A DNA stretch of 64,000 nt. Origin: Camelus ferus. Lineage: Eukaryota. The DNA lies in NCBI RefSeq assembly GCF_009834535.1, contig NC_045701.1:13206001-13270000 (forward strand), written 5' to 3'. The stretch's first letter is position 1. Each line of letters begins with the position of its first letter. The position numbers and the translations under genes were made by a program. Shown in pieces: positions 47,881 through 61,275 of the stretch. The notes below the pieces were generated by a model. That model did not search any database and was not told where the DNA came from. It saw only the letters and a program-made list of their open reading frames with translations.

Positions 47881-50800
47881 TTGTTTTCCACATTTGAGAA
47901 ATTATTGCTCATACAATTATCTATTATAGATAGAATGGTCAGGTGCAGAACCAGAAACAGGAAGCTAGGTGGATGGTTATCATTTGCAGGTTTTAAAGAA
48001 CACTTGCAAACACTTGATCTTTGTTCTTTCAGCAACGATAGATGGTGAGTGGTCCCTGCTCAGCTGGCAGGTGATGGTTTTTTGAAAGCTTTGGAAGCCT
48101 ATTTCCAGCTGATTGGCTACTTTCACTATTGGTGAGCTCTGTCTTTATCACAGCTGACTGATCTCAGCTGGCTGCACTTTTTGGCCCTGTACCTCTTCCC
48201 TCCAGAAACTGACGCTAATAGCAAAGGTGTCACTTTCCCTGTGACTACTGGTGCCTCCCTCTGCCTAAGGAACAACAAGGCCAGTAAAGGGCTTTCTGAT
48301 AAACATACAGCGTTTCCAGCACTTGGTAAATAATAAGCTGAAACTCAGCCAACGGTGACAGGACTGGTGACAGTGACGGTTTAGGGGCAGGGGAGTGTTT
48401 TAGAACTTTATAAACACTGAACATCTTCCAGCTGTACATACTCAGAATACCCCAATAAGTAATGAGCTGGATATGATTTCTTGCTTTGGAGGCACCTCAT
48501 GATGAGATTTACCAAAGAGGTGGAAGAGACTACCAGATCTTTAATGCACATTCAGGGATATCATAGAGTAGGATAAATGTAATAATAGTTGAACATAGCC
48601 TCTGTTTTCACTGTTGTGAATATTGACTTCCAAATGGATTTAATCAAAATCAATATCAAAATGTACAGTAATGAAGTAATGTAAAATGCAATAATGTATA
48701 GGCCAAGAGGTTGAATATGGAATATATTAACAGAAAAGCAGCTTACAAGAATAACTCATCCCTCTTTTAAAATCTTTCTTCACCTAATATAAGACAATAA
48801 GAAGGAGAGGCAAAGCTCTAGAGGTGATCCACAAAACGGATTCTTTGCAGAACTTTTAAAAATTATTCTCTTAGCAAATTTAGTGAGACAGGATTGGGCT
48901 ACAACTGGAAGCACTAAATAAAGAAGTCCATTTACAAGATCAGAAGGCTGACCTGTGGGTGAATGATCCAAACGTGTCCTTTTGGGTTGGCTTATAAAGG
49001 GAAATAAAATGACTTTTTTAAGCAATATCATAATGATTTTCTATAAGTCAAATAAATTTTAAAATGTTTTCCATATACTTTTGCAGCATGCACATAAATC
49101 CTAAAGTTAAATGGCAAAGAACATAATTTTAAGAATTGTTTACTTATTAAATTTAGATCCTAAGAGGTAAAAGAAGGAAATGTATTATCTAGAATCAGCC
49201 AGAAAGGCCCAAGGTGATTTTTGAGTAATCAATATTTTCCAATACATGCTACAGCTTTAAAACTGATAGGAAGAGAAAAATAACTGATACTGTCATTCAG
49301 TAGAAATCTGTTTTTTTAAAGAAACTTAATGATTTGCTGGTAAAGACTGACCATAATACAAAGACTTTAAAGGGTATTTTACCAAGAAGGAATAGTATTC
49401 TCATTTTTTAGAAAACCAAACTGAAGTCTCAGGATATTAAGAGGTCTTGCCATAAATCACTGGATGAACTCTTTCACTCATTTATCATTTCTATTTCTTT
49501 CTTTACAACTTCAATTTACTTTTCCCTTCTCATATTTGGCTGTTACTCCTCTCAATTAACCTTTGTGTTACCATCTGCATTCCCTCATTTCCTTCCTCCT
49601 CTAGTTTCCCATTTCTTCTTCGTCTGACCATCCTTACACTCTCTAGAGAAGCTTTAAAAGAGGAGAAAATAAAGGTAACAAAGAGGGAAAATAACCTATT
49701 TTTAGTCATAGGTGGAATAGCTGATCGAAGGCAAGAGGTACCATCTTTTGAATATCTCCTTTTATAAAGGATGAAAGGATCAGAAAGAGGAAGGAAAGAA
49801 AGAAGGAAGGGAGTGTGGGAAGAAATTAAAGAAGGGGAAGAAAATAAATGAATTACCAATGTTTGCTAGCACAGTCCAGCAATGATTAATGTGAACCTCC
49901 ACATGCTGTTTCTGTGTAATGCCTGAGCATTATTGAAGACAAGCACTGACATACACAAACATTATTAGAATCTGAGTGGCAACAGCCTCTGTAAGGATAT
50001 AATGGCTCAGAATTCAGAAGTCAGGCACAGACCTATCTAGGGTCTAGCGGCATTTCCTACTCATCCTCAGGGGACTCCACCACGACTGGAGTAACAGAAG
50101 TCAAAACTTCAATCAGGCCTTATTAGTTACTTTGCACACAAGATACAGGGTACTATTACTGGTGGAAAACTGGAACCACTGCAGTTTAGAATTGACAATG
50201 CCTTTTTAAAAAAGCTATCTTTGACTGCTCAATATACGTTAAGGAGCAGATCATGTACAAGGCTTTTACCAAATTAATGCTATCAGCGGAATTACACTTC
50301 AGTGGAATTTTTTCTATCTAAACAATTTCATCTAGTTTCATCACTGCTTTTTCTCTCAATCCCTCCCCTATATAAAACAATTCATATGAGTAAACATCTG
50401 GAATAATATATAAAGAATCAAGTTATCAAACAAGCCAAGATTTACCACCAGGTCTTATGCCCTCTCTCTAAGTCATCCGGGAAAACGAAAGTCTCAAATA
50501 GCCAGTAATTTTTGGGGGGGGCAGGTTTCAAATAATCTTTGACATCTGTGTTTTTGGTACACAATCTTTATTCAAATGATAAAAAATAAAATGTAAAGAG
50601 ACTCTTCCATTTGGGAGTCATTTCTTTCATCGATTTTTTATTTAAAAAGCACACTGATGTGTTTAAGAGAAGGCTAACTAAACCAGACATCAAATACATG
50701 TAGGAATTAAAAGTCTAAATCTAATCACCAACAGCATTATTCCTTACTTAAAGGTAAGAAGTCCTTCCTTATGGCATCTATTTTTTTCAATTCTAACTAC

Positions 50801-51365
50801 TTTCTTGTATAATATTTCTATAACAAAGAATCATATTGTCATCACTGTGCCAGTCCAATGAGAGAAAAATTCATTATACCTATGTCTACACATACATAGT
50901 AAACTGGATAATTGAAAAATGTTTGTTTTCAGTAACTGAGTGAGTTAATGATAATTCTTTAAGCATCTAATGTGCCTACATATAATGTGTGTGTTTGAGA
51001 TGGAACACTGGGGGGTGGAAGAGAGTTCGTAAAAGTAGACTTTACAGTGACTCTAATAAGCATAGTAAAAAGTGACACTGGGTTGACAGAAGTGACATTG
51101 AGTTGATAGAATGCCCTCAATTCTAAAATAAGAGCTACTTGGATTTTATCCACAAAGTGACATTGAGTTATTGTAGATTCTTAAGCTGAGAAGTGATGAA
51201 ATAACAGCTATAATTCAAGAAGATTTGTCTATTGTGCATGCTTGGCAACTGGGTGGAAGGAAGGAAGGATAAAGGAATAGGAGCTGGATGGAAAAGAGAA
51301 TGGAGGCCAAGAACATGTTTAGGATGCTAATTATGGCAGTAATCCACAATAAGGCAAAAAGGGCC

Positions 51366-51724
51366 TGTTGTAGACTGTTTGTGTCCCTCCACCCAAAATT
51401 CATTAGTTGAAGCTTGATTCCCAATGTGATGATATTCGAAGATGGGGGTTTGGGGAAGCAATTAGGTGATGAGGGTAGTGTCCTCATGAATGGGATTAGT
51501 GCCCTTATAAAAGCAACCCTACAGAGCTCCTTCACCCTTCTACCATGTGAAGACACAGCAAGAAGACAGCCAGCTGTGAGCTAGGAAGCAAGCCCTCATC
51601 AAACTCCAAATCTGTTGGCACTTTGATCTTGGATTTCTCAGCCTCCAGCACTGTGAGAAATAAATTTTTCTTGTTTAGAAGCCACTCAGTCTATGATATT
51701 TTTATGGCAGCCCAAACAAAGACA
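51366..51724 (+). mobile_element. MLT1A-type MaLR solo LTR
   Basis: ctcatgaatgggattagtgcccttataaaag; gatcttggatttctcagcctccagcactgtgagaaataaattt; ends caaacaaagaca. Confidence 0.9.
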
Positions 51725-51859
51725 TGACCTAAATCACAAAATGGAGAGAAAGGATAAGAAAGGCAGATCAGAGGGAAAATGTGATTATCTTATTGTGAAG
51801 ATTGGCAGATATAGATAAACCGACAATTATAGAAGATGAATCCTAAACTGTGATACCAG

Positions 51860-52200
51860 AGAACAAGAAGTTTGCCACTGACAGGAAAATGGGGTTCACC
51901 AAAGAGCACTGATTGGGAAATGGGAAGGAACAGGGAAAAGGGCAGGCAAATTAGGTTAAGTATGTGGTTCAGCACTTGTTAAATTTGAGAGGATGGAGTT
52001 AAATCCATCTAGAACAATTTAACTGGCAGATTAAAAAGTCAGTATTGAGATTAGAAATAAAAATTAAAATCATGTTTTAAGCAATCAGTGTGGGATGATA
52101 GCTGAGGTCTTAAGAATGACTAAACTAACCCAGGGAGAAAAAGCCAAGAAACAGAAGGCCAATGGCATGACCTTGGAGGAAATCTGATTTTGAAAGATGG
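51860..52200 (-). mobile_element. L2 fragment
   Basis: ggttcagcacttgttaaatttgagagg; actaacccagggagaaaaag...gaccttggagg. Confidence 0.55.
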
Positions 52201-52389
52201 GATGTGAATCAAAACAAGAGATCTCAGAGAGAAGGGAAGGAAAAGGCCCGGGCACGTTGGAATAACTGCAGGAGTCCTTACTCGGAAACAGAGGACACAG
52301 TTTTAGTTTTGTCCCTTACTAATGGTAACATCGACTGAGTTCCATGATTGTGCTGTGCTTCTATAAATGGAGAATGGAGAAGAGTTCTG

Positions 52390-53095
52390 TTTCCTGCTTC
52401 CAGTATAGAAAGCTAGAAAGGGTGCTACTAACAACTCTAATAACAAAGAAATGCCACATTGACCATAACATCATAACTATTTTTTGAATCTCTGAGAGAT
52501 CTGATGTCATGGCACAACTTAGAAATAGATAACTCCAAGAAGAGATGGGACATGCAGACTGTCTCAGCATGGGAAGAAGATGTTCAAGCCATCATACAAG
52601 CAAGTAAGAAGTCAGCTAAAATTTTAGCAAATGTTAAAGGCAGAATGTGAGCTAGTGTAACAGTATAGAACTTTTGTAAGCCCCAGAACACAAGGAGATT
52701 TCTGTTTACTCAAAGGCTCTTTTCCCCTTCATTGAGTGCTCACAAGAATGCAGGCTGTGCAAGAAACCAGAGTGTACCCTTGGGGTGTGGGTGTGCAGGA
52801 AGGGATAAGCTGACACTGCACGAATGCACAAGTTCTATCATCCTACCCAGAACCTTTTCTCATATGAGTACAGCCATAATTCACTGGGAGAGAGGCCCAA
52901 ACCCCATGGACGGTAAACAACTGTCATCAGAAGAGAAACAAATTCTCTTCTCCGATAAATGAGGTGCTAAAGAAATTAAAGTACAAGCACAATCCCTAAC
53001 TCACCTACAAGTTTTCTCTTCAAAGTTTATTTGCAAAGCAAGGGTTAATTATCAGATAGATTCCCAGGCCAGACCACAATACTAGGGAGGGGCAT
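52390..53095 (+). mobile_element. Probable L1M 5'-end fragment
   Basis: cttccagtatagaaagctagaaag...ccataacatcataactattttttgaatctctgagagatctg resembles old L1 5' regions; family not certain. Confidence 0.45.
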
Positions 53096-53535
53096 TGTTA
53101 GGGGTTGTATTGTAGGGTCCCCACATTCATATGCTAAAGTCCCAATCCCCAGTACCTCAAAACGTGGCCTTATTTGGAAATAGTAAGGTTAAGATGAGGT
53201 CATACTGGAGGAGGGTGGGCACTAATCTAATATAATGGTGTCCTTATAAAAAGGAGAGATTTGGACATGCACACAAGGAGAATGTAATGTGAAGGTAAAG
53301 GGAGAGATCAGAGTGATGTTTCTACAAGCCAAGAAATGCCAAAGATAGCCAATAAACCACTAGAAGCTAGGGAAGTGGCCTGGAACATACTGTTCCTCAC
53401 AGCCCACAGAAGGAACCAATCTGCTGATACCTTGATCTTGGACTTCTAGCCTTCACAATTGTGAGATGATACATTTCCCTTGTTTAAGTCACCCAGTTTG
53501 TGACACTTTGTTATGGTACCACTAGCAAACTAACA
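53096..53535 (+). mobile_element. MLT1C-type MaLR solo LTR
   Basis: ccccagtacctcaaaacgtggccttatttggaaatag; ctacaagccaagaaatgccaaagatagcc; ends ctagcaaactaaca. Confidence 0.9.
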
Positions 53536-53569
53536 CTGAGGAAGGCTGTGAGGAAGTTATAGAGTTAGA

Positions 53570-54230
53570 TTCATTAATTCACTTACTGAGAACATTTTTC
53601 AAAGCCTACTATGTGAAGTGAATATGGTAATGAACAAAACAGAAAGTCCCTGCCCTCAAGGGGCTATTATTCTAGTTCAGAAGATAAATAATAAAACAAA
53701 TGAATACATTATATGTCAAGTAGTGGTATGTACTTTAAAGAAAAAAATAAGGCAGAATGAGAGGCTAAGGAATATCAGGGGTACAGAGAAATGCTTCTCT
53801 GAGGAGCTATCATTGAGTAGAGACCTAATGAGGTGAGGGCAAAAGCCAGGCACATTTTTAATGGACTAGGGCTGCAGCAAAGGTCTTGAGGCAGAAACTT
53901 GCTTGGTATGTTTTGAGAAACAGAAAGAACAGAGTGAACTGAGAGAGTAGAAACGAGGTCTGAGAGGCAGAGGAAAAATCATGCAGGATTTGTAAGGACT
54001 TCGAATTTTATTCCAAGTGCAACGGGAAGCCATTAAAGGATCATGAGAAATTATTTAAATTTAAAAGCTGGCTGCCATGGGAAAGTTACACTTTAAAGGA
54101 GAGTTACTGTGAAAGTTGGAAGACCCTTTGAAGTTGTTCATGCCAGGATAGTATTATCTTGGGCAAGGTAGGAGCAGAAGTGGTCATGCATAGGATGTAT
54201 TTATACTGAACTGCTGACAGCATGTGGTAG
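53570..54230 (-). mobile_element. L2 3' region
   Basis: aacaaaacagaaagtccctgccctcaagg; atcatgcaggatttgtaagg...tttattccaagtgcaacgggaagccattaaagg. Confidence 0.85.
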
Positions 54231-54532
54231 CTATATGAGTGTTGGTCAGGACGAAGTCTCTGCATTGATGAGAATAACTTCCAGTCTGAATTAGAAGATA
54301 TAACTCTAAGTAGATTTCGAAGCTCCCTGGAAAGTAACTATTACAGTATGGCTAGGCACATAACGGCTGTAAATATTTTTAAATCCTGCAAGACATAGGC
54401 AAATATTTTCAAATGGTAGACTCTTAACAGGAAATGCATTTTAACAAAGAACATATTTGCACCTTTCCATCCTTCAAAATGTTTTCTTCGTTTCCACCCA
54501 GAGTGCTCTCCCTAGTGAGAGCCATTGGTGGA

Positions 54533-54720
54533 NNNNNNNNNNNNNNNNNNNNNNNNNNNNNNNNNNNNNNNNNNNNNNNNNNNNNNNNNNNNNNNNNNNN
54601 NNNNNNNNNNNNNNNNNNNNNNNNNNNNNNNNNNNNNNNNNNNNNNNNNNNNNNNNNNNNNNNNNNNNNNNNNNNNNNNNNNNNNNNNNNNNNNNNNNNN
54701 NNNNNNNNNNNNNNNNNNNN
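54533..54720. other. N-run, 188 bp
   Basis: Seen directly. Confidence 0.99.
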
Positions 54721-56319
54721 ATCCATAAAGGCTGTATCTGCTCATATAGAAATGAAAAAAAAAGTTTAAATACTTACCCAAGCCATGTGCACATGGGGAG
54801 GTGCTGAAAGCAGGAAGAGCCATAGCATTACTGAGATCACAATGGGATGATTCTGGCCTGAATTGTTCAGATTAAATATCTAACTGCAGCGAGTGCCCCA
54901 AGATTATTGTTCTACTTTCACTTTACCTAAAAGGAGGAAGATCTTGCTATTTTCATTTTCCTAGGAAATTACTAGCACTTTTCTTCAGACTCTGTTGAGA
55001 TAGATTTCGCAAGGGCTATGCTAAATCAAAGACTGGTAAATCTTCATAATTCTGGACATTAAATAAGAGCTGATATAAAAAGCAACTGTCTTCGAAGTAT
55101 CAACCTAGCCCTTTTCCCATGTGGAGGGATGTTTTTCTTGATTAGATTTATAGCTTTTTCTAGTCCTTAATCAATGCAGTCTCAATCAAAGAACCCTAAT
55201 CAACTTTGCTTCCTAATTTGATGAATTACACTAATAAACTCTAATTTTCACCAAGAAAATACAGATTTACAGTAATCCTATAAATTCCTTTTCATTTGAA
55301 TGAGATACTTGCACCACATTTTTTAAATTATCTAATCTCATTTTTTATTTACAGAAGTTTTGACTAAGCTAAATTTTCTGTTGCAATATACCCAAGATGC
55401 TACGGTTTTATGTCTCTATGGATGGTGTTAGATTTTTTTTCATCAGTTACTGTGAAAGCCTACTAAGAGGTCATATTCCTCTCCATCTCATTAATCTCTG
55501 ATTGTGGAGGAAGTATACCATATGGGGTTGTCTGTCTTGAAGGGTAGGAATATGCTGGGACTCGATCCTGTCACTCTTGTCACTAAGTCTTGAGTACTCT
55601 ATCACATGGACACATTTAGATACTCCACCCTGACAGTCTAATCTCATATTTGGATATAAATATAGTCTTCCCTTTAGCTTGACAATCTTACTAAGATCTT
55701 CATTCCTTTTTTAGTGGATTTTTTATAAGAAGATGAAAACCAATCACATGTTTAGGAGATACTGCACTGGACATCAAAACCCTCTTCACTAAATTGACCA
55801 CAAAACTCTACAGATGTCAACAGTAGACATCTCTTTCACATCACCTCTCACTGTTGGATTTCCAATAAATACTGCCAATTGACTAAATGCTTAATCACGT
55901 AAATCTCCCAAGTTGATTTCAAATTAACTTGACTATTACTGGCATGTCCCTACTATGTGTAGCACTCTACATTAAGTACTACTAATAGGCAATATATTGA
56001 TGAATAAAACAGCCCTTCATTCATGGGCTCACAACTTCCAGGAGATCCTAGACTAGTATTTATCTTGCATGATCCTACATTGGTATTAATCTTGAATAGA
56101 TACAAAGTTGTGGAGAAACTTATTTGTAGGAAATCAGGGAGCAAGAGCCTTCAGAGTCATCCATTAGTTTCCCCAGTCAGGCATTTCCTTAATTGTGGAA
56201 TTCCTGAATCCACTCCAAAGAATTTAAGTGTAAACACATAGGAGAAGATGCATGACTCAGTGACTCCAGTCTTCTAGTTCTCGCCATCTTTAATGAAAAA
56301 GAAATTTTAAAATAAATGC

Positions 56320-56520
56320 CATGTATATAACTATAGGGTTGGACAGGGTCTTGAAAGTCCCTTAGCTCAATTCTCTTATTTTAAATATTAAGGGGAAAAA
56401 AAAAAAAGATGAGGGAACTGAGGCTCAGAGAGAAAATGTGGCTTGTCTTAGGCCATCCACTTCCTAGTGGCAGATTAAGAAATAGAACTTGGCTCATTAA
56501 GTCTTATTTCCAAACACTCG
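56320..56520 (-). mobile_element. MIR3/MIR
   Basis: gatgagggaactgaggctcagagagaaaatgtggcttgtcttagg. Confidence 0.75.
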
Positions 56521-56869
56521 GCCTCCCTTACTCTCCGGCTAACTGAATATCAAGAGGCTGAACATGATTCCTATTTAAGCTCCAGGGGAAAAAATGGGAT
56601 AAGAAAGAAAAGATTGGTTAAAGTTACCATCATCATATTAGGATTCAGCACTATCAAGGTAAGAGATGTGAGGCCTGCGCTGAGGTGACTCACCGACTTC
56701 CTTCCTCTTGTGCCTTAAGACAAATGACTTGCTCCTCACAATCTCAGAGACCCAGATTATTGTGGGTGTGGGAAAGAGAAAAAGCTGTGTGGAAACGTTA
56801 TTAATCTGGGGAAAGACCAAGAGCACCAGCACCAGCACCACCTCCTGGGGAGAAACACTGACTGTTCTT

Positions 56870-57050
56870 CAACTGCACGGATCAGTAGCTGGCTTTATCA
56901 TCTACTGTGTTTACTTAAGTGAATTACTTAACCTCTCTATATTTTGATTCCTCATCTCTAAAATGGGATAATAGCTACATCATAGTGTTGTTATGAGGAT
57001 TAAGTAACTAATATTTATAGAATGATTAGATTTGCTTAGCTCGTAATTAT
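56870..57050 (+). mobile_element. MIR
   Basis: ttcctcatctctaaaatgggataatagctacatcatagtgttgttatgaggattaag. Confidence 0.9.
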
Positions 57051-60000
57051 CTGTGCATTTTCAAAATAAATATACGGCAATGGTGTTAAGTACCCAATCT
57101 ATCAAAAATAAATCAGAATCCTTAGAAATATGTCCTATCTAAAAATAATTTCTTTTGTGTTTTTTAGAGGAAGCAAATTTCAAAAAATTAGAAGATTCCT
57201 TAGAGGATTTGCAGGGCAGTTATCTTATACTGTTCATTAAGATGTCAACTTCAGCTAAAAGTGGTATCATGCCATTCAGATGAAAGGCATCAGAAATATT
57301 TACTTTTTAAAAATTAATAATCATGTTACACTGGTATTTTCCTCTTGGGTTTTGTGAAACATCCACCTCCCTAGAATATAAATATAAACATGAGTCAAAT
57401 AAACTGAAAGTCTTCCATAGTCAATAACAATGGGAAGCACTAGGACAAACAGAATTTAATAGGTTTCTTACTGCAGGACTTTTAAGAGCCTATACTATGC
57501 TAATGTGAATTGTAAATTCTATTTATTACGGTGAGAATTAAAAATCATTAAATATAAATTTAAAGAATAGCAGGTAAAATGCTACTGTGCTTTACAATAC
57601 TTCAGATTATGAATAGCCTTTCAAAAGGTCATTGCTACTGGCAATGATTCTGATAGAGTTTTCAAGTACAAGTCTGTATAATCATTGTTAGCTGAGTATC
57701 TCTTAACATTTATACAGCTTAGTCTCCAGTCCGTGCCCAATATAAGTAAAGTCCACAAAAGGGACAATTTTACATAGCTTTTCCACAAGATAAAAGGAAA
57801 CAAATAGTACTTTTAATGTATTGAAAGGAGAGTTAGCATGAGGTCTTGTTAGAATGTCCAGCAAATTAATATGCCTGCTGTTAAGAATGAGCAGAAGTTG
57901 ATTTTTTTCCTTAAGCAGATAAAACACACCCAGGGTTTTTGGTTTATGAAGAATCCATTGCTATGAGCATCTCAAAAAAGTTTAGAGCCCAGTAGTCAAA
58001 TAGGATTTAAATTACCCTGTTAGGAAGAAGTCTTCCCCTGAAGTACATTCAGCTTGAAAGATCCATTGAAGGAATTCTGGCCAAAAGGTTTACTGGAAAG
58101 AGAAAACTACAGTCTGCAAAATAGGAGACATTTATACCAAAGAAATGTGAGATGTGGAAAACAGGCCTTCTGTATGCCAGTAGAGTTTCTACAATGCCTC
58201 TGATGATTATGTCACGAGCAGCTAAGCCTGCTAACCTGCCTGCCTTCATTCATTGATTGTAACAGCCCAGAACATCTCACATCCAAGTGGCTGAAATAAC
58301 AAGAAAGTTGTAACATGACTGAAATGCCATAGAGTCTTGAGTGTTGTCTTCTATAGTTCTTCTATATACTTTCTAGTTGATCTAGCCAGATGTTTTAATA
58401 ATTTATTTCCTGATAACTTTTATCAGATCAGAACCTAGAAGAACAAAAGCCACAGACAAGATGTCAGTGACTATTTTAAGACATGGCATCCAAGAAGGCC
58501 TGTTCTCATTTACAAGTATGATGTTCAAACACTAGCATTAGCCTATATGTTTATGCCCATCAGCTTTTTGACAACTAGTAGTTAGCGTTGGGATTGATAA
58601 GAAAAAGAGGGAATTAAGAGTTTGAATTAGAATGAAGGAAAATCTTCAGCTCAAGCATACAAAAATTTAAAGAAACTCATAAGGGTCTGTTAGGGAGAAA
58701 GTTCTAAGTGGGTAAAAAAGACAGATATCCATGTTAAAAACCCTTTAGTGCTTTGGTTTGCTCTGGAATTAAGTTTTCACTGACAGCTGGAAAAACATCC
58801 ACTTGGTGCATAAGATATTTTCCCCTCTTAACTGGACTGAGCTGTGTAGATGAATAAATGTTTCCAAACATTTCTTTCCATGTTACTTTTTCTTGGGAGT
58901 ACACAACATTGGAGCCACAAAGCGTGAACTGATATATGAATTGGAGGAAGATGTTTGCTGAGTAGGAGGAATGTGGAAGACCATGTTGGATCCAAACTGT
59001 TAAACTGACGCACATATTAGAAGAGTCTCTTCTCACCTGCCCAATTCCTATCTATACCAGTTTTCTTCCCTTACCCCAGCAACCATGACCTCTCCCCTGT
59101 GCATAAACCTACTAATCCTAGGAGATGCCCTCCATCCATGATCTCGGAAATTATATAACAGAGAATTACATCTAGTTACTAAAATAATGGTGTTTTTAAA
59201 GAGCTAAACACACAGACATTCTCTTTCAGAGATGTGTCTCTTCCATTTATCAAGGAATTTTTGTCCTTATAAGTTTTCAATATTATTTTATTTTACTGCA
59301 TATTAAATTTTAGCACTATATCAACTTGAAAAAATGAGAAATTGGTAGCAGAATTTCAGGCTGTGATAGAATTCCCAATGGATTCCGATGTCCTTTTAAA
59401 AATTAAATACAATAATGAAAGATAAACTGTGTAAAATGCCATCACTTCTCTTCCCCATCTCCTCTGTTTGTGTACTAAGCCAAGAGGTCCCACTGCCAAT
59501 CATATTTGAGGAAAGAAATGGTATAGACAGTGCTTTCAATATTACTCATGCATTCATTAGATCCTCTGTTTCACTCATTCAATTTTGAGTTTGGTGTTAA
59601 TTCACTGCACATACATACCTACATAAAACACGTACAGTTTCTCTCATTATAATATAGCTAAACTGTTGGCAATTTAGAAAATACTGGATAGATTAAACCA
59701 TAAAGGTATTAATTTCAATGAAATATGGGAATTATATATTGGATAAAACAGGTATGATCCACTTTCCAGCTAAATCTGAGGCAATGTATCTATCTTATAT
59801 TTCCTATCTTTAAAAAATGACCAACAAATCTTATGTAATGTTAATATCAATTTTTCTTCAAATACATTTTAATGAACTCTCATTTTAGTATTCCAATATG
59901 ACTGTAAAGAATTTCAAAACTTTTTTTTCCCAAAGGACTAAAATTCAAACCTCCCATGCCCAGTTTCAAAGAATTATTTATGGCTGGGTTTTAAATGGAT

Positions 60001-61064
60001 GAACAAAGAACTTTAAAATAAAATCTCCCCTGGAAAAAACATCTATTGATACCACAGTATAAATATCATTATTATGATAATGAGAAAAGTGTCAGATTTC
60101 CAAGAAAGTCTAATATTGTAACTATCCTCTCCCCTCAAAAAAATGTTGGAAGAGGAAAAGATGGGATAATTCAAAATCTAAACTTTAAGATAAAGAAATT
60201 AACTTCTCTATCAATGTAAACAAAATGATTTGTCTTTCATAACATGACATCAAGTTAAAATGTGATTCATTTTATACATGTCATCTCTGTATGTGTGGTC
60301 ATTTCTTCTTTTAATATTCTCAGTATTATTACAGTGCCTCTGACTAGTTTATTTTAATTTTTTTCCTTTACAAAGAGCAAACACAATTGTTTAAATGCAG
60401 GAGATTTTCTTTTCCAAAAATCTGGAAAAGCACAAAGAAAACCTAGAATTTTATTAGACATGTGAACATTTCAAAAATACCACAAGGACCCATTCCTATA
60501 GGACACTAGGCCCAGGAATTTGTCCCTGACAGTCTCCTTGACAGCAACTTGATAAGAAAATAAGGTTGATTTTCACAATATCAACTTACAAAAGAAAGGT
60601 ATGATTTCTACTGTATGTATCAGAAATTTCCGTAAGAATTAGTTCCATTTCTAACCTCCATAGTTATGTCCAGTCATTTTAAAAATTACTTATTTGGTTT
60701 GTCTATGCACTACCTTTATTTAGGTCCACAGATTTACCACCACCAAAGAGAGTAACATGTCCTTTTATGTGCCCAACATAACCACTGTAAGGTTTCCCAA
60801 GACTGCCACAGTTTCAGTGACACTCACACCTAACACACAGTTCAAATTCTTGACTTTATAAACTTAGATTATACTTCTACACAGACTGGCAGCATGTTGA
60901 TATTGTTTCTGTCTTTAGAGTCCCTTCTCACTCAGTCCTGAATTTTCCAAAATTACTTCTCAGTCAGTTTGCTCTCCAGTTCACATACCCTCAACACACA
61001 CAAGCTCTCATACGTGTACCCGTGAAAGTTTCATCTGTCAGTGAAACAGAGCCTGACCAAGGGA

Positions 61065-61275
61065 AATAGCTAACATTTATTGACTCTTCTAGGTGCTAAG
61101 CATAATTCCAGGTGCTTTATTTATCATGTCACTTTATCACCATGACAGTACTATGGAGTAAGAGTTGGTATTCTTATTCCTGTTCACAGGTCATGAAATG
61201 AAGACTTGAGTGCTTTGCCCAAATCCCACAGCTGTAGGTGATGGAGCCAGGATTCAAACCTAGGCCTGTTGGCCA
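61065..61275 (-). mobile_element. MIR
   Basis: tagctaacatttattgactc...ctttgcccaaatcccacagctgtaggtgatggagccaggattcaaacctagg. Confidence 0.9.

Noticed and set aside
17660-48580. C-box-like RTGATGA motifs (about 17673, 40345, 48497) as C/D snoRNAs
   Set aside because: No correctly spaced D box with a terminal stem.
49570-49850. Pyrimidine tract and downstream purine tract as a hairpin or triplex
   Set aside because: Only about 11 nt of complementarity, in low-complexity sequence.
4772-54720. N-run lengths resembling 7SK (about 331), U2 (about 188), U1 (about 164), U4 (about 141-144) and 7SL (about 299)
   Set aside because: Length coincidence only. Nine such copies in 64 kb is implausible, and there are no TSDs, tails or snRNA promoter elements in the flanks.
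4772-54720. All nine N-runs as exons of one gene
   Set aside because: Splice signals do not line up at consistent offsets or on one strand. Only run 1 (and run 2 partly) fits.
4575-54823. Long X-containing ORFs
   Set aside because: Artefacts of translating through N-runs.
2434-57398. Scattered AP-1 (TGA[C/G]TCA) sites
   Set aside because: Count is near random expectation and several lie inside MIRs.
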